Shown: in pieces, positions 38,140 through 50,998 of the stretch
How positions within the stretch are numbered: position 1 is the first letter of the stretch
Layout: each line of letters opens with the position of its first letter
DNA from: Psilocybe cubensis
Lineage: Eukaryota
Length of the DNA stretch: 64,000 nt
NCBI GenBank assembly: GCA_017499595.2
Contig: CM039010.1
Location: 248,001 to 312,000 of the forward strand
Direction: 5' to 3'
The notes under the pieces: model-generated
Databases searched by the model: none
What the model saw: only the letters and a program-made list of their open reading frames with translations
What the model was told of the DNA's origin: nothing
Program-made: the position numbers and the translations under genes

Positions 38140-40169
38140 ATGTCTTCTTCATCGCATGCTGAAGAAAGGTCAACTTCTCAAGGATACCTTCCGCGTGGAG
38201 GAGCCTGTGTTAGTTGTCGCCGTCGAAAAATGGTACTCGCTCGCTTACGATCCTTAATAACTAGCACAACTCATCCACACTCATAGAAATGCGATGGGAA
38301 ACGCCCTATATGTTCTCAATGCGACCGCGCAGGACGCGCCGAGGACTGCGAATATACAGTTGGTCAAGAACGGTCAACAGTCCAGATTTTAGAAGAAAAC
38401 ATTAGCAGATTGGAAGCTCGGATACAAGAACTACAGAATCCAGCACCTCCGGCTTCGTCTGCTATTGAGCTCCATCAGCCCTACGGTGTTAGTTCATCTG
38501 ATTTCAATGGTATCGGTTCCAACTCACGCTATTTACTACAGGATCTTCCAGCACATCTTGCAGAGGCATTGTAAGTTCAATTTGAACGAAACCTGGTTTT
38601 CGTTACTTTTTCATAATATTTGATATAGAATCAATAATTTTATGCCGCACGCAGGCCAAATTGGTTTTTTCTTGAACCTGCCACGGTTCCAAGCATCTCT
38701 GCTCAATGGCCAAGCACCAGGAAGAATGACGCGGCCGTCTTGCGCATTGGCCGCAGCGACCTATCTATGGGCTATACGCCTTTCGAATGATCGCTCAGTC
38801 AAGGCTCATGAACATACATATCTAACACGCGCAACACAGCAAGCGGCTACTGCACTCTCGGGGCAGCATCCTGACAGAGTAATGCAATCTATACAGGCTG
38901 AGGTTCTCCTTGCCACGTATTTCTTTGCGAATGGGAGATTTTTCGAAGGGAAGTACCACGTAACTACCGCGGTCTCCATGGTCTTTTCGGCAGGTCTGCA
39001 TAAAATTCGGTCATCTGCTCCCCAGCAGCAGAGTGTAACTGGAAGCAGTACACGTCTCCCTGAGCCCAAGGACTCAATCGAGGAAGGAGAAAGAATCATG
39101 GCATTATGGACTGTGCTGGATCTTGATAAACATTGGGCAATTGCCCTGGAGCATACCCCAAATTTCGAGTATTCAACTCATCCCCTTGCTACCAAAGTTG
39201 ACACTCCATGGCCTCTTGAGATGGATGAGTTTGAGCAGGTAAGTGAGAGCACAATATATAGGCTACATTGATTGATGGTATTCGTTTTACACCCAGGATC
39301 GTCTACCATCTTATGCAATCACTTCAAACACGATATACAATTTCCTAAATTCTATAACAACCCCAGATCTTGGGATATCCCTACGAGCAATTGAGTCAAA
39401 AACAGCCATACTCTGGGAACGTGTTGCTGTGTTTACGCGTAAATGCAACGCAAGTCCGTCCCTAAATTTCCCCGTCCAGAGTTCCAGAGAAACTCAATTT
39501 GTATACATAGGAACCTCTCAGCAGTCTTTACAGCCGCTCGTAGAGGAGTTTACAGGGCTTTCCAACCTTTTGGATAGTGTTCTAGGCCTACTTCCGTCTC
39601 TTGACCCACAGTCCATTGGGCGGATTCAAAGCGTAGAAATGGCTCGGCGTTATGGTGTCGTGTACAGCATCCTATGCTCTGCGTTCATTCGTCTTCATGC
39701 TCCTTTCGCATTTTCGGGGAGGAGCGAATCCTCACTTCGGAAACGCCTTTCAATGGCGCGTACCATTTTGGAGCTCGCGATCGGCCTCCGGGGAAGAGGT
39801 GTCGGGTATCTGAACCCAATCATTGGTGTAAGCGCCCACCTTGGTTATTAATTTCCATGCTGTACATATGGACTTACCGCGCGCTCTTTCGTAGACTGTC
39901 TGGATTGAGGCGTCTCAAGTTGTTTTCGACGAAGTTTCCCGCATCCGTTCCATGAGAACATCCGGTACTTTACTTCCCGGGGGCCCTGATGAGCGAGTGA
40001 TGCTGGGTCTCGTTAACCGAGCTACCCAAGCCATGGCAGGGTTCACGATGAACATTCCCTTAACAAGTGAGCTACTATCTATCAATCTACAACATATCCA
40101 TTCAACAACCTCTTTCATCTATCAGGTTTCCAAGTTGCAAAAATACAAGAAACTTCTCAGTTGAATTAG
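38140..40169 (+). CDS. Zn(II)2Cys6 transcription factor with fungal-specific middle homology region
   Basis: Spliced N-terminus LPRGGACVSCRRRKM | KCDGKRPICSQCDRAGRAEDCEY followed by the coiled coil LEENISRLEARIQEL. Later IQAEVLLATYFF...GLHKI and EEGERIMALWTVLDLDK...VDTPWP. Confidence 0.92.
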
Positions 40170-41593
40170 TCATGTTTAATCACAAGAAAGCATTACTTTG
40201 ATAACTTTTAGCTATAATATTATCTCCTAGTCATTCACCGTGTATCCATAACCGCATACCCATCATCCGCATAGCTATTCAAACCCCGGTCCACATCCCC
40301 AGCCGTCTACTCTATTAAAGTAATTCAATCATGTACTTAGGTGCCCTTGTTCTAATTAAATTCTGTTCTATTCATGGATACCGTTGTGGAGCTTAATGCA
40401 TCCCTGAAAAAAAAGTCCCTGTTTGCGGTGTATGCGATATCTTGTAGCATAAAGATGCAATGCAAAGGCATATTTGGATTTTAAATCAGAGCCATTAGTT
40501 ATGACATGTGGTGCGCTAAACTTCTTATCCAGTTTATTTTTTATTTATTCATTACCTGGGTATGCTTGCGCAACAGCGTTATGCAGGGATGGATATGCAC
40601 CAAGGTACTTGATGCGACTACATGATTGGGTACTGCGTCTTGCCATTCAGCTACAGGTCGATTATTGAAAATTCTTCCAGTGTAGGCTAGATATCACCGA
40701 CACGACGCTTCATAAGCATAGAATTCAAAGAGTTGATGTTGAAAAAACTAGTTGGTATAGGTCAGCGAAAGTAAATTTGGATAGTGAAGAAATTATTCTA
40801 CCCCACTCAGTCCTTGGAACATAGTCATAGTAGTCCCTGTGCCCTCGATGCCCATTCACCGATATGGACGGCGCGTTTGGCTGTCAATAGGATAGCCTTG
40901 CACAAGTCTGGCTAAGAGTGGATTCGTTATAAAATATAAACTTATACTTAGTATCTCATATCCGTGTATCCTAGGATGGCAAGCCGAGAAGTGCCAACAT
41001 CAGATAACAATTTAACATGCTATCATACCCCGGTGTATGATTTGCCACCATCTTTGCTCGACCACGTTTCCGATGTGGTCTAAAGCTTATATTTAGAGTA
41101 CGCTAATTCAAACGAACTGATTTTCATTTTTCTTTGCCTTACTGGTTTAGCCGCGTGGGTGATGCAACAAGATCGATTATTCAGATTCCTTTTGTTGCTC
41201 AGCGGATTGAGACATGCAAATCACAGATCGGAGTACACCGTCATGTTTACTCTCCCCCGTTCTATTCCAGTATCATATGCATTAAGAAAAAAAATTAATG
41301 CATCCAGGCGATATGTTGCGGAACATGAAGCGACACGGAGTATTATGTGGTTCATTCAGGAATCAACACGGTCATGGCCTAAATAGAGTGCGGAATTTGC
41401 TCGTATCGTTGCGCTACAAACTTACTAAAAGCGGTTTAACGTAACCCTTTGGTGCCTGTAGCAAGTCAAAAATAAACGACAGATAGAACATACATAACAA
41501 CATTTTTTAAAAGAATCGGGGCACGTTTCAGAATTACATAGCAAAAAGAGAACAATACATGACAGTACATAGATTTAAGTCCAATACAAATAA

Positions 41594-42569
41594 CTACACG
41601 CTCATTTTCATGGAGATTGCCGGGTGAGAAGTGTATCCTTCCACAACGAAATCAGAATAGACGAAATCTTCAATATCTAAAATATTATCCCTGGCCCATC
41701 GAAGCTTTGGAAATGGTTTAGGCTCCCTTTTGAGCTGCTCCTCCAGAGCGTCGACGTGATCACGATAAACGTGGGCATCCCCGAGCTGGATGACCAGTTC
41801 GTGAGCGTCCGTGCCCGTAACATGTGCGATCATGTGCGTGAGGAGAGCGTAAGATGCGATGTTGAAAGGAATTCCAAGACCCAAATCCGCGGAACGTTGG
41901 TACATCAAACATGAAAGTTTGGGTTTTTGCGAAGGATTCGACGCGGGTGGGAGTTGGACATAAAACTGACACATCATATGGCACGGTGGAAGCGCCATGA
42001 GTGGGATATCTGTTATCCAGATCAGTGGTGTACTTTCTCGAATAAATCAGAGACGTACCTTTGGGGTTCCATGCACTCAGAATAATCCTTCGATCTGTAG
42101 GGTTTTCCTTGATCTTCTTAATACATTCTCGAAGCTGATCAACACCCTGCCCTGTGTAGTCTGTCTCGCAGTCAACATATTCGGCACCAAAATGTCTCCA
42201 CTGGAATCCATATACCGGACCAAGATCGCCTTCCCGTCGGTGTCCGAGTCCGCGACTTTCGAGGAATTCTTTCGAGCCGTTTCCGTCCCAAATCTTCACC
42301 CCCTTCTTGGCTAAGATTGTGGAGTCTGTTGATCCGTGAATAAACCAAAGAAGTTCTTCCACAATTCCTCTCATAAAAGTTCGCTTTGTTGTCAGAAGAG
42401 GTAAAGTGGAGTTGGCCAACGAGAAACGTAGTGAAGGTGGCGCAAAGATTGCTATGGTGCCCGTTCCTGTACGATCAGGACGCGTATCTCCAGTGTCCAA
42501 GACGCGTCGAATAAGTTTTAAATACTGATATTCATCATGTTCCGTAGTTTGAGAGACTGAAATAGTCAT
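41594..42569 (-). CDS. CDC21: Thymidylate synthase; 2 exons (intron 42010-42058)
   Basis: [91 protein letters not shown]. Confidence 0.98.
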
Positions 42570-43189
42570 TTTGACAGAACTATGAGAGTGAGGATGGAAG
42601 TGGATAAGGATGATGGGAGTAGGATTCAAGCCGCGCGTTGGGATTCATTTTTTGTCACACCATAGTAGTTGCGCGTGAGGTAACGTCACGTGGTGTCACT
42701 GTCAAAACCGCGGCGTCAAAAATCGCGTCGACTGCCAGTGAACTTCAAAGTATCCCAAGGAGGAACTTCAGTCCATTGATATAAAGGAAATATATCGTAT
42801 TATAGCATTAAAACTTAGTGAAAAACCCAGTAAATGCTTCGTCAGTGACCTTGGTGAGAATGGCCCCTAATTCGAGCACATGACAAATTACCAACTCCGC
42901 CCACAGGGGCCCCGAAGAATTTTTGCAACGTAATCTTCAACTTGAACCAACACATTAAAACAACTCAGCGGTGAGCTTTACTGCATCTCGAGCATTTCCT
43001 ATTGGCCTTCGATTCGTGTATATTCCAGATTGAAAACGTTGCGCCACGACATCATCAGAAACATCGGAGCGTCAGTCAACGCCGGTGAGTCAGTCATTCA
43101 TCTCTGAAAAAAAGCTCTGTGAATAGCTGGAATCCACTAGGTTATTATCATACCTCATATCCAACATAAAAATATCGAGTGTGTCATAT

Positions 43190-44292
43190 ATGGATGAAAC
43201 CGATGAAAAAGTTTCCCTAAAACGAAAATTGAACTCGGATGATGGAGAGCAATCTGCCGCGTATAGTCCTAGAAAAAACGCAAGTACCTACCTCAAGCAC
43301 GAGATGCATTGGCTTCTGGATGGAAACATGTTGCTACAAATAGGGAAAACGCGATTTAAGATACACAGGAGTCGACTTGCCAGTGAATCTCGGTGGTTTC
43401 AAGCTCTTGTAGAGCTTCGAGCCGGCAATTCTCCAGATATCCCAACCGAGTACCGGAATACGATCGACGAAGCAATTAAAAGCGCTCAAAAAGTGGGAGA
43501 ATGCGATCTATTCTTTCTTGATTTCGAAGATGGCCCAAATGCTAACAAATTTGCCGCGCTGTTGTCGGCGATGCAATACGGAATGTGAGTTGTCTTTCCA
43601 TCGAATCGTTCAGCTAACCTGGTTTGACTTCTGGTAGCGAATTCGTATACGAGAACCCCTCATTCAGCACTGTGGCTGATATCTATGAGGCTTCTCAATT
43701 CTTTGACGTACCGCGATATAGCAAATTCTCCGAAATGTACCTGAAGACGATGTTCGATGATTCTTTCGAATCAATTCCTCCGAATCCATCTCCATACGCT
43801 GCGCGTGCTTTAATACTTGGGGATTGCTACGGTCTACAGGACATTAAGCGCCGTTGCTTTTACGACTTGGCGCGAACCCATCCTATTGCCATTCCTACTG
43901 AAGATGATGCAAGCGATTGTGTTCCTTCCGCAAGTGACATTGATGATGCAAACTCAACCATACTCATCGATTTGCTTAACATTCAAAGGCGTCTTGCTCT
44001 GTCTTGGGACAGTATTTATCTCGCCATTGATGAAGGAAAGTTCTGTGATATCCCTAGTTGCACTCACCGCCACTGCGCCGCTGATTTAGTCGGATTAAAA
44101 GCAGCAAAGATCCAACATCCTTTCGACCCTATTACAGCGATGAATGTCATGCTTGCCACGGCATCTCAAAAAAAATCCTCCTGCAAGGTCCAGAAAAAAC
44201 GCCTCGAAGACTTTTTCGATCAACAATCTAATCAAATCTGGGAAGAGATGGCAGAATGGGCAGGAATTTCTGAATCGGAGGCTTTGGAGTAG
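43190..44292 (+). CDS. BTB/POZ-domain protein (basidiomycete-expanded type), copy A; 2 exons
   Basis: HWLLDGNMLLQIGKTRFKIHRSRLASESRWF...FAALLSAMQYG, intron ending near 43637, then a helical C-terminus with KRRCFYDLAR and HPFDPI. Confidence 0.8.
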
Positions 44293-45370
44293 CTCATTAC
44301 TTTGGTTGTACCTAGAGAATGACGACATCACATTTAGGCGAACCATCGTATTTACAACTTTTTCTGTCTTTGAAATGTCAAATCCGATTTCTCAGAGGAA
44401 TCCCGACTGTCTACATGGAGCAAAAGAATCCAGTTGTCGCAAATCTTTCGTTCGTAATCTTCATGACACTGTTAGACTGGGTACGGAAACCTGAAAATCA
44501 GCTTCTCACAAAGTTGCCGCAGCAAGTCCACACAGGAGCCTGATTGTCAAAGTTACAGTCAACCTCATCAGTTTTTTGACAATTTACTTCATAGAAGCAA
44601 TATTAGCGAATGTTATATTTTCATAGACTCGTATACTCACCGCCCAAACCAGTTGGCTGGAAGCTTCTGGGAGTATCTATTGGAACCACTCGCTCGCAGC
44701 ACGCTGGCTTACATCTGTCTAAGCCATTGCTATTAGACGTCTGAGATGTCATTACTGTCGAGAGTAGGAATGCTTTGATAAACAAAGCAGAAAGTGTTAC
44801 TTTCCGCTTCATTGTACTGGAAAACAGGCTTTCAAGTCGAGTAGAACAGGATCTGGGTTTTTGAAGGTCACGCGGCCTATTGCTCCTCTTTTTATACCTT
44901 TCCTGAAATCTACAGGTGGTCATTTATTCGCTAAGTTTGAATTGGGCAGAGAGGGTGAGTGCTTCAAGTTCCCGAGTCCGTCTATGCCAATCGATCTAAT
45001 TTAGTAAAGCAACCGATGGTTGTTTTTTAGCGTGGCGTAAGTACAGTGACATGATATGAGACCAAAAAAACACCTTAATTACTCTTCTAGATGTCATACA
45101 CTGCTCTACATATGGGTCATGGATATTTCGGATACTCAAATCGAGCTTTCAGCGCTTCAGCCCCTTAATTTTCTGCGTGACAGAAAGTGGCACGTGGGAT
45201 CACCTTTCGCGTCTTTTAGGCATCATCGGAGTATAAAAAGGGGAGCAACATCGTCCTTTGTTCATGACGACCTTCATACAACTGTTTTTCTATTCTTGTG
45301 CCACACAGTGGATCTGTATCGCTACATCGCACTCCTACAATTTTTATCCTCTAATCTGACAGACTGTAAC

Positions 45371-46771
45371 ATGAAATACCACACTGCTCCTACTGGCACG
45401 GCTGACACTATTACACGCGGGCGGGTAGATCCCTCAAATGCACTGGCACTCACACATTCAGGACATGCCACAGATGTGGCATTGACACATGGAGAATCCA
45501 ATACCGACGTCACAGACTCCGACAACTCCTGCGATGGCGGTGAAGAAAAGGGAACTTGGATCGAGCACGATACACGGTGGATAACAGATGGAAAGACAAC
45601 TGTCGAGCGGTCTATTCGTTTCAAGCTAAACGAGAACGAGTCGCGTCTAGAATCTAGACGCCGTCTGAGGCGCATCTTGTGCTACGAGTCTGATTCTGGC
45701 TACGACTCTGACACATCTGACTCGGAACAAAAGCCCACGTATAATCAACACGAGACACACTGGTATATGGATGGTAATGTCCAGCTTCAGATAGGTGCTA
45801 CCTGCTTTAGGCTGTACCAAAGGCGCCTGTCATCACAATCTCTATGGTTTAAAACTCTTCTAGAAAGGCATTATAATGAGCTCGAAGGTAACAATTTTGA
45901 TGATCAGGAAGAGATCGATCGAGTTGTGGATACCTGTGTCGTGGTCGAAGGGTGTGTTCACTTTAAACTCGATGGAGTTGGTACATTCTCTTCAAATGGA
46001 TCTGGTGTATCTGCCGAGGACTTCGCTGTCTTTTTGACCGCCATGGATGATGGGATGTAAGTACTCCGTCATCTTTTCTATATTGAATGTGGTCTCTCAT
46101 TTTGATCATGGATGAACAGCCATCATCTGGCTAACAGGCCCACCTTCTCAGAGCTACAGACTATCTTGAAGGTAGCACTGGCTTTTCGGTTTACTTCATA
46201 TACGGACACTTTGGTGTACGCTATTGGAGAGATGTTCGCAGCCGAGCCTGCCGATCTGGACCCGTATATCCTCCGTCATTCTGTGAATGGTATACGACTA
46301 TACAGAGACTACGGACATCTGTATCCCGAGCTTTCCCACATCCCTTGTTGTGCTTTCTATGTTCTGGCAAGAGGCAACTTTCCTGCGTCATCTAGCGATA
46401 TGATTGGTCAAGGCTTTACCACTGAGATCGAGTCAGACACTAATGTCAATATGGAGAACCTCAGCCAGCACGACCTTGTTCTGCTCATGGATATCCAGAA
46501 GCGCCTTTCATGGTCCTGGGAAAATATCATCGACTCCGTTGCCTCAATCGAGTTCCCCAGCATAGAAGCGGAAAAGATCATCTATGACGTTGTCACTCTG
46601 ACTCGCAAGAAATATCCGTTCGATCCTATCAAGGGTATAGAGTGTATTTCTGAGGAGAGTCGAGTGACCGAGACCTGCTATACCATCAGAAACATGCTCT
46701 TAAACACGTTGGAAGAAGAAAAGATGAAGATCTGGGAAAATATGAACGTATGGCTGAAAATCGACGCGTAG
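45371..46771 (+). CDS. BTB/POZ-domain protein, copy B; 2 exons
   Basis: HWYMDGNVQLQIGATCFRLYQRRLSSQSLWF...FAVFLTAMDDG, intron at about 46057-46119, then CAFYVLAR, IQKRLSWSW and YPFDPI. The start codon is inferred. Confidence 0.78.
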
Positions 46772-47820
46772 AAGCTTCGTGTCCGCATATTGGGTATCTC
46801 CTGTATCATCTATAATTTATCTGCCGGTATGCTACAGCCAGTGGTATATGCTCCGGTGTTGTGCTTGAGTCGTGACTGCGGCGTCGACCTCTGGTAGGAT
46901 TTATGCCACTTACATCCGGTTTTCACGTAGGTATACTTTTACGCTTGAATGATCATATCGCGCCCGTTGGATGTAAACATGACTCATAGTCATGAAAATT
47001 TTCAAGTTCTGTGAGCATAACATTGGTCTATGCCCACCTCCGATCGATTAGTTTGTCTGAAGGTAAGAAAACGCTGAAGAATACCATGGACATTTGTCAC
47101 CGCAAACTTGTCATGGGATACGAGTCTGAGGTTGATTAAACCATTTTCCCTAAACACTGGGGCAATTCTTGGTAAAGGTTCTTTCTTTGCTGAAGTTATT
47201 ATGCTCATCGACTCATGGTGTATCCGTTAACGATGTCGATAGCCAAGGTAAAAAAAATTGCTTATCCGGTCTGTGAAGTTTCGTTTCACTGACAATTGCA
47301 CCTTGAGAACCCTGTAAAGAAAGTAGAATCGCAAGTTTTGAACAGAAATTTGAAATGTTCTCTAGGTGCCCCGTGGAATCGGGGATCGATTCGGCTAAGC
47401 TTGAGCTTACCACTTATCCCACGATACTCGACTCACCATTGAATTTTGAGATTTGCTTGAGATTGTCAAATGTCACTAAGTTCAAATAGTAAGCTGCTCG
47501 GATAATCAAACTTTTTCGGAATGATGATCAAGTACAAATGAAAACCGATGTCAAGCCTGGATGGTCACGTTCCGCACTTGCCCGATGCGAGTGGAATTAT
47601 TGCGACCCAAGGCAACCAATTTAAAGCAAGGTGTGACCCGTCGCAAATCGTTTACTCCTGTTAAGGCCAGCCTTCTCTACTACCTATATGTTGAAAATAC
47701 ATGGCTCATTAAAAAGTACACAACCTGTAATGCGAATTTAGTTTCATGGTGATCAGCCAATTACTGATAAAGCAGGCGGGATAACCATACCGTTAAAAAT
47801 ATTACACAGAACCAAGCACG

Positions 47821-48410
47821 CTAAGACTCGGAGGGTGGATGTTCAGATAAGTACAAAAGGTATCTTCCTCCTTCAACCCATGGCAGTACTTCTTCGCCTT
47901 TGATATTAGAGAAAAGGGGTTCCTGATGAGCCTGGGTGCTCTGTGCGTCCGAGTCAGGTGAAGGAGGGTCAGGACATGGGATGGCTTGTGGAGGACAGTT
48001 GTCGCCCGCTGCTTCTAGAGCTTGAGAGCCGGTATGCTATTGACCAAAGTGAACCAGAGAGAGATTTTCTGGGCTACATTGCGAACTTACTTTGTTGTAA
48101 GAACATTTGCGTTCGGAAACGATGTCGTCAGGTGTAGGATGAAGTGTCGCGTACCTGTAAGTACGGAGCGTCAATGACAATGTCCAGAAGGCTGCCGACC
48201 AAGGAATGGCTATACTTACACACAATCAAATATAGTGTAAAATGTGTCAAATCCGAGCGCAAAGGGTCGTTTTACAAGTTTCCATGAAGCAAGATTCTCC
48301 GGTGGACAAGAGAATGTACAGCTTGGTGTCGGATTGGTATCCTGAGAAAATCCTAGTTGAAGCTGGAGTAAGCAGACAAGCGCAAGTATCCCGGAGTTGA
48401 GCAGACGCAT
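47821..48410 (-). CDS. Small secreted 6-Cys protein, copy A; 3 exons
   Basis: MRLLNSGILALVCLLQLQLGFSQ...CTFSCPPENL...IFDCV | YATLHPTPDDIVSERKCSYNK | HTGSQALEAAGDNCPPQAIPC...EPLFSNIKGEEVLPWVEGGRYLLYLSEHPPSES*. Both donors are GTAAGT. Confidence 0.85.
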
Positions 48411-48814
48411 TGTGCTAGAGCGAGCCACGATGGAATCAAAAGTATATGGACGATTTGAAAAGTGTCCGACGTTGAGATGGTGAGGGTGATGAGCAAAGGA
48501 AGCCGTCGCTGTAATTTGAATTGACAGGGTTCGTGTTCCCATCATCTTGCCATCCCTCCCAGGGGCATCAAAACTAAATCGTGCCGAGTCCTGTGATGAT
48601 TGCCGACGATCTGGCGCTCAAAAGCAATGAAAAAGTGGAAAGCACTGGGAAAGCAACGAAGTGAAGACGCAGAACTTGGAAAGAATGGAATCACTCTAGC
48701 AATGAGCTTAATACCACGTGTCTCGAGGACATGCATTCAATCTATTCATTCATTGAAGACAGCCTGTGTCTTAACTGGGCACTATTCGCATACTGTCTAG
48801 AAAAACCCCGTTGC

Positions 48815-49424
48815 TCATGCGCGTTCCGGATATTGTTTGAGGTAAAGGAGGAACCTTGCACCTTCAATCCATGAATACACCTCTTCTTTTTCCATATGCG
48901 AGAACAGGGGGGTATTTTCTGCAAATCTAGAATCCGAACCAAGAGCAGAAGAAACGCGGCACGGTATGGCACGAGGAGGACAGTTGTCCCCTGAGGCTGG
49001 TAATTCTTGGATACCAGAGCGCTTTCATAAAATCAGATCGGTAGATTGTGATTGATAATTGCGAAATACCTTGTTATATGAACATTTGTGCTCAGAAACG
49101 GTATCAAAGGGAGATGGATATGCGGTGGCATATCTAGATATTATATGACATCTGTAAATAGCTAGATATGAAGAATGTATGGGTCACTCACACGCACTCA
49201 AAAATCGAATAAAAGGAGTCAACTCCAACAGTGATTGGTCGCTTCACCAGATTCCATGAAAGGAGATTAGTAGGTGGACAGGAAAAGGCACATTGCCGAA
49301 CCGATGGCGATTGGTCGGAGGATGGAGTTGGAGTGTTGCTGTTGAGCTGAGCAAGCGATGTCGGTACATAGCTGACTAGTGAGAACGTGATAAGCATAGA
49401 CAAGATGGTGAAGTTGCAGCGCAT
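48815..49424 (-). CDS. Small secreted 6-Cys protein, copy B; 3 exons
   Basis: MRCNFTILSMLITFSLVSYVPTSLA...CAFSCPPTNL...IFECV | YATAYPSPFDTVSEHKCSYNK | RSGIQELPASGDNCPPRAIPC...TPLFSHMEKEEVYSWIEGARFLLYLKQYPERA*. Confidence 0.85.
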
Positions 49425-50998
49425 CTTTGGAGCGGTTTTGTCTAGAGTATGGATGGTATGATAACGAGGCCTCGACTATTGGAATAACTTTCGAAAGGAG
49501 TGGCGATAGCTTGGTCGTAGGGAGAAAATAGCACCCAGTCGGGTATGCTTCGGTTTAGACCGCAACGTTGCCACTGGTCATCGTCGGTTTCGAAATTATG
49601 TAGACCTCGAAAATCCGGGTTCCATTATGTGCATGAGGCTTGACCGGTGGGTCCGTTTGGTAAAATGATATTCCCTGCGTTGCATTGTATAAATTGGCTT
49701 TGACCATCTTATCATGGTAAAAAAAACCTTACGTTCTGTACCGGGGTCCATGAAGCAAAATTCCTAAACATCTCCATGGGAAACGGCACCAGCTAACTGA
49801 CATTGACAAAGTCTTTGACTATCTGTTGTGTCGTATAAACAAGAGGCGACAAGACGCCAGCCAACCGCTCGGCGATGAAAATTTTACTTGCCTTGGTGAC
49901 TTGATTAATAGCTAAACTGAGTCTTGGAGTCACGGAGGCCATGGCCACATAGACCTCTCCTGAGACGGAAAAAGTTGATTCTTGGGCGTCCCTACCATTA
50001 ATACTCCTATCTGAGTTGGTGGTTCTGTGGAAGAAAGGAGAAGAATGGTCCAGCTCAACCGTCAAAAACGCATAACCCTAACCTAATATGTAACCCAGGA
50101 GTCTAGACTCTAATACCGGCGGCAATTGGCGGCAATCTCATTTTTGACTTCCTTCAGCTTTCTTCTCTTTATCTTATCTATGAAGTGTGGAGTAGTAAAA
50201 GCACAGTACAGTAATGCAACATGATTTACAAAACAGAATGATAGCAATTGTACTTACATGTTTATTAAAACATCTGCGGTTGATAGGGGTGTGGACGATA
50301 CCATTCTTTGTTTCAAGTAAAATGTAATGCTTTGTGGGCTTTGTTGGTGAGGGACCTTATCTTCCATACCGTGTCTTAGGATGCATCATTCAATGAACAT
50401 TCTTGCTTGCGTGGTACTCTTGTTTCTTAGACATTCAATCTTTACGGGTATGTCACGAGCATTACAAGTTATAATGCCCACGCATTCTTCAGCGTCTTTT
50501 ACGACTTTAGTTGGGTGTCACTGGCTGAATTTCGACCAGTGAACGTTTTTGAAAGTATTTTTAGGATCACCTTGGGAAGTATATGCCTAATTAACTCGTC
50601 TGAAGATGATAAATATGAAATAAAACATATCATGGGTGTAGGTGAGGCTCCTGACTGACAGATGCTTTCTCTATACTGCGCATCCCATGACGTGGGTGGC
50701 GATGCGTGCTGTGTCTGTATTAAGTTCAATCCTCGACTAAAAGGAATTATCGAGCAAGCGCTCAGCGCCCAGATAATCAGTGGAATTTATGAAGGCAAAA
50801 GAATATTTATGGAAATTATACTTTACCAGGAAGTAACGGTGCTTTATTCCATCATAAGGCAACGATGTCATGGACTACAGTAAATGGTCTATCTCGCGGC
50901 TCATTGATACAGAAATAACTGTGGAAAAGAATTAAGCGCAGAAAAAGTGACTTTAGTACAAACAATACAACTGTATAGGATTTATTAGCCTTGATTAA

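Noticed and set aside
49070-49133. Apparent frameshift in exon 2 of secreted protein copy B
   Set aside because: On recount the exon is 64 nt, the same as in copy A, and the frame is intact.
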